Of a stretch of DNA of 64,000 nucleotides, positions 42,161 to 52,166 are shown in pieces. Each line of letters starts with the position of its first letter. The first letter of the stretch is position 1. The stretch is from Alphaproteobacteria bacterium (lineage in GTDB: Bacteria > Pseudomonadota > Alphaproteobacteria > UBA828), in assembly GCA_963422645.2 (NCBI GenBank), contig CAXXVO010000008.1, positions 128,001 through 192,000 on the forward strand. Reading direction: 5' to 3'. A model generated the notes under the pieces. It saw nothing but the letters and a program-made list of their open reading frames with translations, made no database searches and was not told the DNA's origin. The position numbers and the translations under genes are program-made.

Positions 42161-43396
42161 ATGCCCAGACGATCCGAACTCAGACTCTCCAAGCGCACAA
42201 TCGACGCCCTCCCCGCCGCGGGCGGAGACGCCGTCTTCTGGGACCGCGACCTGCCGGGCTTCGGCATCCGCGTCCATCCCTCCGGCCGCAAGGTCTATCT
42301 CGTCCAGACCAGAGGGCCGAAGGGCTCGAAGCGTGTCTCCCTCGGCCGTCACGGAGACCTCGCTCCGCAGCAGGCCCGCAAGCAGGCCGCCGAGGTCATC
42401 GACCGCATCAAGCGCGGCGAGGAGCCGCTCCCGGCGCCGCCGAAGGCCGAGCCCACAGTGGCCGACCTGGCCGAGCGCTACCTGAGCGCGCATGTCGCGG
42501 TGAACTGCAAGCCCGCGACAGCCGCCGGCTACCGCCGCACCCTGAGCCTGCACATCCTCCCCGAGCTCGGCGCGATGCCCATCGTCTCGGTGGAGCGCAA
42601 GCATGTCGCCGACCTGCACTACAAGATGCGCGACACCCCCACCGAGGCGAACGCCTCGGCGAAGATCCTGTCCAGGATGTATTCCCTGGCCGCAAGCTGG
42701 GGCTTCGAGACGGGCGGCAGGAACCCCTGCCGTTTCGTGCGCGGCTATCGGGAGCGCAGGCGCGAGCGGTTCCTGACGCGCGACGAGTACCGCCGGCTGG
42801 GCGACGCCCTGGAGGAGGCGGAGGCCAAGGGGAGGATGTCGGTTTACACGGTGGCCGCCTTCCGCGTGCTGATGCTGACGGGCTGCCGGCGCAACGAGGT
42901 TCTCGAGTTGAAGTGGGACGACGTTGGCCGGACCATGGGGGAGTTGCGGCTGCGCGACACCAAGACGGGGCCGCGCTGGGTGCCGCTGACGCCGGAGGTG
43001 ACGGGCATTCTGGATGCGCTTCCGCGGGTTGACGGCAACCCCTGGGTGTTCCCGGGCCGCGGCCGGGACGGCCGTCTGGTCAACATCAACCAGCAGTGGG
43101 GCACCCTGCGTTCGCGCGCGGCTCTCAAGGACGTGCGCATCCACGACCTGCGGCATTCGTTCGCCTCGCGCGCGCTTGCGCTGGGCGAGAGCCTGACCAC
43201 GATTGGCGGCCTGCTGGGTCACACGAAGGTGCAGACCACCGCACGGTATGCGCACCTGGCGCGTGACACCGAGATTGCGTCGACGGCGAGGGTCGGGGCG
43301 AGCATCGGCGCCCACATCATGCCGGATGGGACGGATCCCGAACAAGCGCGGCGACCGGCGGAGATCGGAGAGGAGGGTCGGCGATGGCGAAGCTGA
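42161..43396 (+). CDS. Tyrosine recombinase/integrase with arm-binding domain
   Basis: WDRDLPGFGIRV, TGCRRNE, DTKTG, HDLRH, LGH, TARYAH: full catalytic set. Confidence 0.92.
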   Translation: MPRRSELRLSKRTIDALPAAGGDAVFWDRDLPGFGIRVHPSGRKVYLVQTRGPKGSKRVSLGRHGDLAPQQARKQAAEVIDRIKRGEEPLPAPPKAEPTVADLAERYLSAHVAVNCKPATAAGYRRTLSLHILPELGAMPIVSVERKHVADLHYKMRDTPTEANASAKILSRMYSLAASWGFETGGRNPCRFVRGYRERRRERFLTRDEYRRLGDALEEAEAKGRMSVYTVAAFRVLMLTGCRRNEVLELKWDDVGRTMGELRLRDTKTGPRWVPLTPEVTGILDALPRVDGNPWVFPGRGRDGRLVNINQQWGTLRSRAALKDVRIHDLRHSFASRALALGESLTTIGGLLGHTKVQTTARYAHLARDTEIASTARVGASIGAHIMPDGTDPEQARRPAEIGEEGRRWRS

Positions 43397-44586
43397 AGCG
43401 GCGGTCGATCTCGCGGCGCACGGTGGAGGCGCTGTCGGCAGACAAGGACACGGTGTTCTGGGACCGGGAGCTGACCGGCTTCGGGGTGAGGGTGTATCCG
43501 TCGGGTGCGAAGTACTACATCGTGCAGGTGCGCGGTCCGGCGGGGTCGAAGCGGGTGACGGTGGGCCGCCACGGTGTGCTGACGGCGGACCGGGCGCGCC
43601 GACGGGCGGCGCTGATCATCGCCCGCATCAAGGCGGGCGAGGACCCGATTGCGGCGCCGCTGGCGCCGCCGTCCCCGGAAGGCCCGACGGTAGCCGGGAT
43701 CGCGGCGCGGTACCTGGAGGAGCACGTCGCGGTGCGCTGCAAGCCGAGCACGGCGAGCTACTACCGGCGCAAGATCGAGCGCCACATCCTGCCGGCGTTC
43801 GGCGACCTGCCGCTGTCTGCGGTGGGACGCGAGCAGGTGGCGGAGATTCACTACGGGCTCCGCGACAGGCCGGTGCTGGCGAACCACGTTGTCGAGATCC
43901 TGTCGCGCCTGTTCACGATGGCGGAGTACTGGGGCCTTGCGCCGGAGGGCGGCAACCCTTGCCGCTTCGTGACCCGCTACCGGGTGCGCAGGCGCGAGCG
44001 ATTTCTGACGGAGGAGGAGTTCACGCGGCTGGGCCGGGTTCTCGCCGAGGCGGAGACGGAGGGTCGGGTGATGCCCAGAACGGTGGCCGCCATCCGCCTG
44101 CTGATGCTGACCGGGTGCCGACGCAGCGAGATCCTGGAGCTTCAGTGGGACGACGTCGACCTGGAGCGGCGCCAGTTGAGGCTGCGCGACAGCAAGACGG
44201 GCCCGCCGCGGACGGTGCCGCTGAATCCGGCTGCGGTAGAGGTGCTCTCGGGTCTTCGTCGGGTGCCGGACAATCCCTGGGTGTTGCCCGGCAGGGAGCC
44301 GGGCAGACGCATCGCGAGCCTCAACGCGCCCTGGCTGCGGCTTCGGGCGCGCGCCGGATTGAACGACGTGCGGCTTCATGACTTGCGGCATTCGTTCGCC
44401 TCGCGTGCGTTGGCGCTGGGGGAGAGCCTTCCGATGATCGCGCGGCTATTGGGCCACGCAGAGGTGCAGACGACGGCGCGGTACGCTCACCTGACACGGG
44501 AAGCGATGAACGCGTCGGCAGCGCGGATCGCGGCCAGCATCGGCGAGGACATCCTTCGCGGCAGCGGCAGGCCCTCGTCCCCTTGA
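43384..44586 (+). CDS. Tyrosine recombinase/integrase, tandem paralog
   Basis: WDRELTGFGVRV, TGCRRSE, DSKTG, HDLRH, LGH, TARYAH. Confidence 0.92.
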   Translation: MAKLKRRSISRRTVEALSADKDTVFWDRELTGFGVRVYPSGAKYYIVQVRGPAGSKRVTVGRHGVLTADRARRRAALIIARIKAGEDPIAAPLAPPSPEGPTVAGIAARYLEEHVAVRCKPSTASYYRRKIERHILPAFGDLPLSAVGREQVAEIHYGLRDRPVLANHVVEILSRLFTMAEYWGLAPEGGNPCRFVTRYRVRRRERFLTEEEFTRLGRVLAEAETEGRVMPRTVAAIRLLMLTGCRRSEILELQWDDVDLERRQLRLRDSKTGPPRTVPLNPAAVEVLSGLRRVPDNPWVLPGREPGRRIASLNAPWLRLRARAGLNDVRLHDLRHSFASRALALGESLPMIARLLGHAEVQTTARYAHLTREAMNASAARIAASIGEDILRGSGRPSSP

Positions 44587-44633
44587 GAAACGGTGATCCA
44601 GGGGTCTCGCGCCGCCGCAGTCAGGACCCGCAG

Positions 44634-46862
44634 TCAGGACGCCCGCCGCGCATCGACGGGCTGCAATGGACGGCGATGGCCGAGCCATTCGTCGAGCTTC
44701 GACCAGCGCCGCCGTCCCGAGACGTTGCGCACCGCGATGGCCACCGCCTTCTTCTGGCCCACCAGCACCACCAGCTGCTTGCCCCGCGTGACCCCGGTGT
44801 AGAGCAGGTTGCGCCGCAGCATCGCGTAGTGCTGCGTCAGTACCGGGATCACCACGGCCGGATACTCCGAGCCCTGGCTTTTGTGCACGGTCGCGGCGTA
44901 GGCCGGCACCAGCGTGTCGAGCTCGCCGAAGCCGTAGACGATCTCGCGCCCCTCGAAGCGGGCGGTCAGCTCGCCTTCCTCGGGGTCCACATCGGCGACA
45001 TGGCCGATGTCGCCGTTGTAGACCTCCCTGTCGTAGTCGTTCTCGATCTGCATCACCTTGTCGCCGGGCGCGAAGGTCCAGCCGAAGCGCTCGACCCTGC
45101 GCTCACCGGCCGGGTTGAGCGCGGCTTGAAGCTCGATGTTGAGCGAACGTGCGCCCGCCCCGCCCCGGTTCATCGGACACAGCACCTGGATGTCGCGCAC
45201 GGGGTCGAGACCGAAGCGCTTCGGAATGCGCGCCTTCACCAGCTCCACGATCCTGGCGGCCGCGGTCTTCGGATCGTCGGCCGGCACGAAATAGAAGTCG
45301 CTGTCGCCGGCGGGCCGCGAGAGATCGGGGATGGCGCCCCGGTTGATGCCGTGGGCGCCGGTCACGATCCGGCTGCGTGCCGCCTGGCGGAACACCTCGG
45401 TCAGCCGCACTACCGGGACCGCGCCGGAGGCGATGATGTCGGCCAGCACCTGACCCGGTCCCACAGAGGGCAGCTGGTCCACGTCGCCCACGATCAGCAG
45501 CGCGGCGGTGTCGGGCACCGCCGCCGTCAGCGCCCGCATCAGCATGACGTCCACCATCGAGGTCTCGTCGACCACCAGCAGGCCGCAGTCGAGCGGATTG
45601 TCCGCTTCGCGGCGGAAGCCGCCATGCCTGGGATCGACCTCGAGCAGGCGGTGGATGGTCTTCGCCTCCATCCCGGTGGCCTCGCTCATGCGCTTCGCGG
45701 CGCGCCCGGTCGGCGCGCACAGAAGAAGGTCCACGCCCTTGGCGGAGAGGACCCGCAGGATGGCGTCGACGATCGTCGTCTTGCCCACGCCCGGCCCGCC
45801 GGTGACGACCACGGTCTTGGACGTGAGTGCGAGGCGGACCGCGGCGGCCTGACCCGGCGCCAGTGTCAGCCGCGTCTTTCGCTCGACCCAGGGCAGCGCC
45901 TTCTCCACGTCGATACCGGGCCAGGGCAGCTCGCCCGCCGCGATCGCGAGAAGCCGCTCCGCGATCGCCCGCTCCGCCCGGTACAGGCCGCCGAGGAACA
46001 CGCAGGGCGTGCCTGCCACCGTGTCCGCCACCACGGTGCCTTCGGCGAGTTCCAGATCGAGCGCAGTCCGGATCAGCTCGTCAGTCACCTCCAGGAGGCG
46101 GGACGCAAGCGGCCCCAACTCGTCCGCCGGCAGGCCGCAGTGACCCTCGTCCATCGCCTCGGTGAGCGCGTAGGCGATGCCCGCGCGAACGCGGACCATG
46201 GCCGTCTTCTCGATGCCCAGCTTCATCGCGATCGCATCGGCCGTCCTGAACCCGATGCCGCGGATGTCCCGAGCAAGCCGGTACGGGTTCTCCGTCATGA
46301 CCTCCACGGCATCGGCGCCGTAGGTCTTGAATATCCGCACCGCCCGCGCCGTGCCCACGCCGTGGCTGTGCAGGAAGACCATGATCTCGCGGACGACCTT
46401 CTGCTCCGCCCAGGCGTCGGTGATGCGTTTCGCCCGCACCTTGCCGATCCCGGTCACCTCGCGCAGCCGCTCGGGCTCCGCCTCGATCACGTCGAACACC
46501 TTCTCGCCGAAGGCACGCACCAGCTTGCCGGCATAGACCGGGCCGATACCCCGGATCATGCCCGAGCCCACGTACCTCTCGATGCCCTCGACCGAGGACG
46601 GGGCGGACGTGCGCATGAAGCGCGCCTTGAACTGGTGCCCGTGGGTGCGGTCGTTGATCCACTCGCCGGACGCCGTGATCCATTCCCCGGCCCCGACCAT
46701 GGCGGCGTGGCCCACCACCGTGACCAGGTCGCGATGGCCCCGCGCCTTGGTCCGCAGCACGCAGAAGCCGTTCTCGGGGTTGTGGAAGGTGACGCGCTCG
46801 ACCAGCCCGGCCAGGACCTCGCGATCCGAGGACTGCGCTTGCGGCCGGGCGCCCCGCGTCAC
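44634..46862 (-). CDS. RecD2-like SF1B DNA helicase
   Basis: VERVTFHN, HhH GIGPV, GGPGVGKTT, VDETSM, HKSQGSEY, YTGVTRG; GTG start overlapping the upstream stop. Confidence 0.9.
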   Translation of the reverse strand: MTRGARPQAQSSDREVLAGLVERVTFHNPENGFCVLRTKARGHRDLVTVVGHAAMVGAGEWITASGEWINDRTHGHQFKARFMRTSAPSSVEGIERYVGSGMIRGIGPVYAGKLVRAFGEKVFDVIEAEPERLREVTGIGKVRAKRITDAWAEQKVVREIMVFLHSHGVGTARAVRIFKTYGADAVEVMTENPYRLARDIRGIGFRTADAIAMKLGIEKTAMVRVRAGIAYALTEAMDEGHCGLPADELGPLASRLLEVTDELIRTALDLELAEGTVVADTVAGTPCVFLGGLYRAERAIAERLLAIAAGELPWPGIDVEKALPWVERKTRLTLAPGQAAAVRLALTSKTVVVTGGPGVGKTTIVDAILRVLSAKGVDLLLCAPTGRAAKRMSEATGMEAKTIHRLLEVDPRHGGFRREADNPLDCGLLVVDETSMVDVMLMRALTAAVPDTAALLIVGDVDQLPSVGPGQVLADIIASGAVPVVRLTEVFRQAARSRIVTGAHGINRGAIPDLSRPAGDSDFYFVPADDPKTAAARIVELVKARIPKRFGLDPVRDIQVLCPMNRGGAGARSLNIELQAALNPAGERRVERFGWTFAPGDKVMQIENDYDREVYNGDIGHVADVDPEEGELTARFEGREIVYGFGELDTLVPAYAATVHKSQGSEYPAVVIPVLTQHYAMLRRNLLYTGVTRGKQLVVLVGQKKAVAIAVRNVSGRRRWSKLDEWLGHRRPLQPVDARRAS

Positions 46863-47236
46863 GATGTCCCGAGCGCGGGAGCGAACAGCAGCTCCCTGAG
46901 AAGACCCAGCTGCCGCGCCCGTTCGGCGGGCGCCTTCGGATCCTCGATGCTCAACTCGGGGGCTTCCGACGCAGTCTCTTCCCTGTCCCGCAACAGCCGC
47001 TCGAACCGGGTGAAATTGTCCTGCATCTCCTCCGCCGTGAACATGCGCCTCAGCCGCGACACGAAACCCGGCAAAGCCTGCGCGAACTCCGGGCGCTCCG
47101 CAGTCGCCTGCGCGAAGCTCACCAGCTTCTCGCCGACGATGTAGTCGAAGGCGGGCTCGACGCCGAAGCGGTGCATGATGGCCTCGGCGGCCTCGCACTG
47201 CTCCATCCAGACGTCCTGCCAGCGCCGCTCGGTCAT
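46859..47236 (-). CDS. Small conserved hypothetical protein coupled to RecD2
   Basis: Paralog of 34871; stop overlaps the helicase start. Confidence 0.75.
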   Translation of the reverse strand: MTERRWQDVWMEQCEAAEAIMHRFGVEPAFDYIVGEKLVSFAQATAERPEFAQALPGFVSRLRRMFTAEEMQDNFTRFERLLRDREETASEAPELSIEDPKAPAERARQLGLLRELLFAPALGTS

Positions 47237-47443
47237 GCGCCCGATGCCCTTTCGACGGTGCCGTCCCACGCGGCCCACGGAACGCGGCTTCCGCCTCGAA
47301 AGCCAATCGATTCCCTATTTTGAGGCGTCGCTGCGCTCCCGGCAACGACGTGCCTCGCGCCCTCGCCGCCGGCACGAGAATGACCCTTGTTTCCCATGCC
47401 GCGCATGCCATGATCGACCGGCGGCCCACGGGGGAAACAGCCC

Positions 47444-49033
47444 ATGGCAGGAAGGAGCGCGTTGGTGCTGGAAGACGATCGGCTTCGTTCCCTGCTCAAG
47501 CAACTCGGCAGGGCAGACGGCCCCGACGCCGTGATGCGCCTGGCGCAGGACCGCGGCACTTCGCTCCTGGGGACACCCGGTTCCGCCTCGGCGCTGATTT
47601 CGGGCGGGGAGGCGGACGCAGACGCCCGCCTGACCCTGTTCACGCTGCTGCTCGACCAGGCGCGTATGAACAGGGAGAACCGGGGACGGCTGGGCGCCGG
47701 CTTTCTGTCGGAGGCGGAAGAGGCGATCGCCGCGCTGTGCGGGTCCGGCGGCCTGGATCTTGATACGGGCGTTTCCCTGGCCCGGGCCTACGCCATTGCC
47801 GAGCTGGACGTGCCGCAGGCCCTGGTGTCGGCTCTTATGACGGGCGCGGGGAGCGCAATCGAGGCGGAAGGGCTGCCGGACGACTTCGATGCACGGATCG
47901 ACGATCTCCGCCGCGAGGCGGACGGCGACGACTACATGCTGCACGGCTTTCTGAACGAGCTGCTGAGCGGGATGCCGCCGCCGTTGCGTCCGGTCTTCGT
48001 GCACCAGGTGGCGGGGCGTGACGAGGCGTGGTGCAGCCCCCTTGCGCTCTATTGGCTGCTGGATCCGGCGCCGGAGGTGCGCCGGGCGGCGGCGGAAGGC
48101 CTTGGGGAGCGGGCGGAACGGGGCAGCCTCGATGCTGCGGCCGCCTCGGCTCTGCCGCTGATCCGGACGTGGGTTCCTGCGGACGACGCCCGCGCGGCGT
48201 TGGACGCGGCTCTTCGGGGCGCGCGGCGGCACGAGCTGGCCGGGCCGCTCGAGCGTCCTGCGCTTCGGCCTGTCGGGCTTCTCGGATCGTTGCCGGACGG
48301 CTCGGGCAGCCAGAGCTTCGCGGTCTCGCTCGAGGGCGCGGACGGGCCTGCGGCTGCCCTGGTTCTCCTGAAGATCGGTCATGGGGTGAAGGAGGCCTTC
48401 CTGGTCTGGGGGGAGGAGGCGGGAGCCATGCTGTCGGGCCAGTTGGCTCGGACGTGCAACATGGAGCTGGCTTTGGAGGCGCTGGAGCCTGCGCTTTCGG
48501 CGGCGCTTGCGGAGGGTCTGTCTGCCGGGAAGCCCGGGCCGCCGGGCCTGATCGACGTGGCCCGGGCCTGCGGCCTGGGCACGCTGAAGCCGCAGCCGAT
48601 GACGGCGCAGGACTGGCTCTTGCACGTTGACCCTGCGGGCGAGATCGCGGGCTTGCGGCCTCGCGAGCGTGCGCGGCTGATCGAGCGGAGCGCCGAGTGG
48701 CCCTACGACCACAGTCTGGTGAAGACCTGGTTCGAGGGCACGGCGGTCGTGGACGAGGCAGTGAAGGGGATCGGCGGCCGGCGGCAAGCGAATGCGGCGT
48801 TCCGGGCGGCGCTCGACAAGCGGCGCGGCTACTGGTCGCTTCTCATTGCGCGAGCGGCACACGTGTTGAATGCCGCAACGGGGGAGGGGGACTGGCGGTC
48901 CTTCGCCGCGACGGCGGCATCGTTGATCGACGGCGCGGCACTGCAGACGCTCCCGGTCATGGAGCATGTTCTCGACTCGAGTCTGGCCGCCTGGCGGGCG
49001 GAGGAATACGCTCTGGACGGCAGGGGACGCTGA
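47444..49033 (+). CDS. Hypothetical helical protein (529 aa)
   Basis: Shares ALYWLLD..PEVR.AAA.GL and other blocks with 52167-53381. Confidence 0.75.
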   Translation: MAGRSALVLEDDRLRSLLKQLGRADGPDAVMRLAQDRGTSLLGTPGSASALISGGEADADARLTLFTLLLDQARMNRENRGRLGAGFLSEAEEAIAALCGSGGLDLDTGVSLARAYAIAELDVPQALVSALMTGAGSAIEAEGLPDDFDARIDDLRREADGDDYMLHGFLNELLSGMPPPLRPVFVHQVAGRDEAWCSPLALYWLLDPAPEVRRAAAEGLGERAERGSLDAAAASALPLIRTWVPADDARAALDAALRGARRHELAGPLERPALRPVGLLGSLPDGSGSQSFAVSLEGADGPAAALVLLKIGHGVKEAFLVWGEEAGAMLSGQLARTCNMELALEALEPALSAALAEGLSAGKPGPPGLIDVARACGLGTLKPQPMTAQDWLLHVDPAGEIAGLRPRERARLIERSAEWPYDHSLVKTWFEGTAVVDEAVKGIGGRRQANAAFRAALDKRRGYWSLLIARAAHVLNAATGEGDWRSFAATAASLIDGAALQTLPVMEHVLDSSLAAWRAEEYALDGRGR

Positions 49034-49184
49034 CCGGAGCGGGCGGTCCGTTGGCGCGTGGCGAGGCCTGCCGGTTCCTTTCCCGATGCCGGCCGGGCGC
49101 GCGGGACGATCGCACGCGGCCTTGGCAGCGGCTTGCCGGCGTAGTATCCAGCCGCCCTCAGCCACACCGTCGGAGGCTCAAGAC

Positions 49185-49382
49185 ATGGCGGCATCCCCTC
49201 CCCGCAAGGCCACCGCGCTCAAGAAGGCGATGACCAAGAGCCAGCTGACCGCGTCGCTGTCCGAATCGACGGGGCTTCCGAAGAAGGACGTCTCGGCGGT
49301 GCTCGACGAACTGGGGCTTCTCATCGAGCGCCACATCAAGAAACGCGCCGTCGGCACCTTCACGCTTCCCGGCCTTCCGTAA
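49185..49382 (+). pseudogene. HU-family DNA-binding protein, 3'-truncated
   Basis: MTKSQLTASLSESTGLPKKDV...FTLPGL then stop; the RxGRNPxTG arm is missing. Confidence 0.75.
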
Positions 49383-49817
49383 TGGGGCGGTTGATGTCAA
49401 GCACCGATCTGCACGATCTTCCGGCCGAGCACGGTCATTCGAACATGAGGCGTAACTACCCAGGTACCCCAATCCTGAGTTGAGGACGGTGATTATGGCG
49501 GCGGCCGCGGTCTGGTTCTGCCACCGCGATTGGTTCTTGACCTCATAGAGTTGCGGGACTATGGACTGCTCTCTCGCGTGACGGGAGCGGTCCATGGGGT
49601 ATTTCGGCTCGAAGGTGTCAATCGGCTTTCAATACTGACCCCCGATCGGCGTGCAAAATTGACCCCCCTGAGTGGCACGGCGGAGGTTGTCCCGGTAGCC
49701 AATAGGGGGGACCCGCGCGGCTTCGTGTGGCGCCCTGCGCTACGCGGAGCGAAGCCGCGTGGGGGGTCCCTGTTGGCCCACCGGGGCAACCGGGCCGCAA
49801 GGGAGGCCGGCGGCGGG

Positions 49818-50546
49818 TCAGGAGCGGTTCTTGAAGCGCCAGCTCTCGTTGCCGGTCTCGATGATCTCGCAATGATGGGTGAGGCGATCGAGCAGCGCTG
49901 TGGTCATCTTGGGGTCGCCGAAGACGGATGGCCATTCGCCGAAGGCGAGGTTTGTGGTGATGACGATCGAGGTGCGCTCGTAGAGCCGGCTCATCAGATG
50001 GAAGAGCAGCTGCCCACCGGCCTGGGCGAAGGGCAGGTAGCCGAGCTCGTCGAGGATGACGAAGTCGCGGCGGACGAGCTGGTCTGCAGTGCGGCCCTGG
50101 CGTCCGGCGCGAAGCTCGGCCTCGAGGAGGTTGACCAGGTCGACGACGTTGTAGCACCGGCCGCGCGCGCCCTTGCGGATGCAGGACCGCGCGATGGCGA
50201 CGGCGAGATGGGTCTTGCCGGTACCGGTGCCGCCGACCAGCACGATGTTGCGTTTGCCCTCGAGGAAGCCGCCGCCGGCGAGCTCCTGGATCAGGGGCTC
50301 GTTGACCGGCGAGGCGGCGAAGTCGAAGTCGGCCAGCTCCTTGACCGTCGGCAGCTTGGCGGAGGCCATCTGGTACTTGATCGAGCGGGCCCTCTTGTCG
50401 GCGATCTCGACCTGCAGCAGCGTACCGATGATCTGTTGCACCGGATGGCGGCGCTTGAGCCCGTCGGCAAGGATGTCGTCGTAAGCGGCGCGCATACCTG
50501 CGAGCTTCAGCTGGGTCATCATCTCCAGCACATCATGACGCTCCAT
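49818..50546 (-). CDS. istB: IS21 helper ATPase IstB
   Basis: [31 protein letters not shown]. Confidence 0.95.
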   Translation of the reverse strand: MERHDVLEMMTQLKLAGMRAAYDDILADGLKRRHPVQQIIGTLLQVEIADKRARSIKYQMASAKLPTVKELADFDFAASPVNEPLIQELAGGGFLEGKRNIVLVGGTGTGKTHLAVAIARSCIRKGARGRCYNVVDLVNLLEAELRAGRQGRTADQLVRRDFVILDELGYLPFAQAGGQLLFHLMSRLYERTSIVITTNLAFGEWPSVFGDPKMTTALLDRLTHHCEIIETGNESWRFKNRS

Positions 50547-52059
50547 GACCGGCCTCCCTCAGGCTGTCGTAGCGCTGACAGTCGGCTACCGGCTTGTGGC
50601 GAAGCTGCAGGCCCTCGGGCGTCGGGATGATTGCCGGCGGTGCCGGCTGGCGCTGCCGGGCGAGGATGTTGAGCACCACGTCGGCGCTGCAGGCACCGCA
50701 GTCGAGCGTCTCGGCACAGGCCGCCTCAACCGCCTCCAGTCCGTCCTCCAGCACCGCCGCGAGCACCTTGACGAACTGCCGGTCGCCGTCGTCGTGGCCC
50801 GCGAGCCGGGTTCGCAGGCGGCCGAGCGCGTTGGGCAACTGCCAGTCCTTGAAGGGCGCGCCATTGCGTAGCGCGCCGGGCTTCCGCGTCAGGATCGGCA
50901 CGTAATGCCACGGATCGTAGACGAACCGGCCGCGCCCGAAGCTGCGGGGGTGCTCGGCAACGGTCTCGCCGTCCTGGCGGATGACGATCCGATCGGCATA
51001 GGCCCGCACGTCCACCGGCCGGCCGACGGCGCGGGCCGCGACGCTGTACTGGTTGTTGTCGAAGCGCACCAGACAGGTCTTCGAGACCGACACCTCGCTG
51101 GCATGGAAGCCGTCGAAGGGGCCGCGATACGCCATCAGGAAGGGCTGCTCCTCCTCGAACACCTGCCACACCGTCTTGCCCGGGATTGTCGGATGCGGAT
51201 GCTTCTTGGCGTCCTCGATGCACCGATCCATCAGCCACTCGTTGATCTCGGCGTAGGAGCGGCCCCGCGGGATGGGCACGAACAGGCGGCCGCGAAGGTC
51301 ACCCACCTGCTTCTCGACCTGCCCCTTCTCCCAGCCAGCCCCTGGCGTGCACGCCACAGGCTCCACCAGATGGTGCGAGCACAGCTCCTGGAAGCGGCGG
51401 TTGTAGTCCCGCTTCTTGCCCACGAAGATCGTGCTCACCGCCGTCTTCATGTTGTCGTAGATGCCCCGCCGGCAGACCCCGCCGAAGAAGCGGAAGGCAC
51501 GCTCGTGCGCCTCGAAGACCATCTCCTGGCTCTCGCGGGGAAAGATCTGGACCAGATACATCCGGCTGTGGCACAGCCGCATGTGCGCCGCCTTCACCCT
51601 GGTCGTCGCGCCCGACAGACGCGCGTACTCGTGGCTCCAGTCGAACTGGTAGGCCTCGCCGGGATCGAAGATCAGCGGCACATAGGCCTGCGCCGGCGAC
51701 AACAGCCGCCACCGGCGCCGCCAGGCCCTGGCATAGCGGCGAACCGCGTCATAGCCGCCCTTGTAGCCCAGCGACACAAGGTCTTCATGAATCCGCAGAA
51801 GAGACAGCCGATCCTTGCGTGCCTTCTTCTCGTTGGCCTTCAGCTGGCGCTCAAGCTCCTCCACCCACAGCCCAAGCTTCGGCATCGGCTGGATCTTGCG
51901 CTCGTAGCTGTGCGAGGTCGCATCGCCCCGCACCACCTTGCGTATCGTGTTCTTGGAAACCCTCAAATCCCGGGCGAGCTTCTTGATCGGAACGCCCTTC
52001 ACCAGATGATCCCGACGGATCTTCGCGATCGTTTCCACAACCAGCATCTCCCCCACCAC
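50533..52059 (-). CDS. istA: IS21 transposase IstA
   Basis: HTH N-terminus, [20 protein letters not shown]. Confidence 0.95.
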   Translation of the reverse strand: MVGEMLVVETIAKIRRDHLVKGVPIKKLARDLRVSKNTIRKVVRGDATSHSYERKIQPMPKLGLWVEELERQLKANEKKARKDRLSLLRIHEDLVSLGYKGGYDAVRRYARAWRRRWRLLSPAQAYVPLIFDPGEAYQFDWSHEYARLSGATTRVKAAHMRLCHSRMYLVQIFPRESQEMVFEAHERAFRFFGGVCRRGIYDNMKTAVSTIFVGKKRDYNRRFQELCSHHLVEPVACTPGAGWEKGQVEKQVGDLRGRLFVPIPRGRSYAEINEWLMDRCIEDAKKHPHPTIPGKTVWQVFEEEQPFLMAYRGPFDGFHASEVSVSKTCLVRFDNNQYSVAARAVGRPVDVRAYADRIVIRQDGETVAEHPRSFGRGRFVYDPWHYVPILTRKPGALRNGAPFKDWQLPNALGRLRTRLAGHDDGDRQFVKVLAAVLEDGLEAVEAACAETLDCGACSADVVLNILARQRQPAPPAIIPTPEGLQLRHKPVADCQRYDSLREAGHGAS

Positions 52060-52166
52060 CCCGTCCGTCCAAACGACGAGGTGTGTTCATGGACACAAAT
52101 CCAAGGGGGTCAATTTTGGACGCCGATCACCCCCAATAGGGGGTCACTTTTCCACGCTTAACAACA

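Larger units (their letters stand above)
49616..52166 (-). mobile_element. IS21-family insertion sequence
   Basis: TGT...ACA ends with repeated TGACCCC sub-terminal motifs; carries istA-istB; no target duplication seen. Confidence 0.88.
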
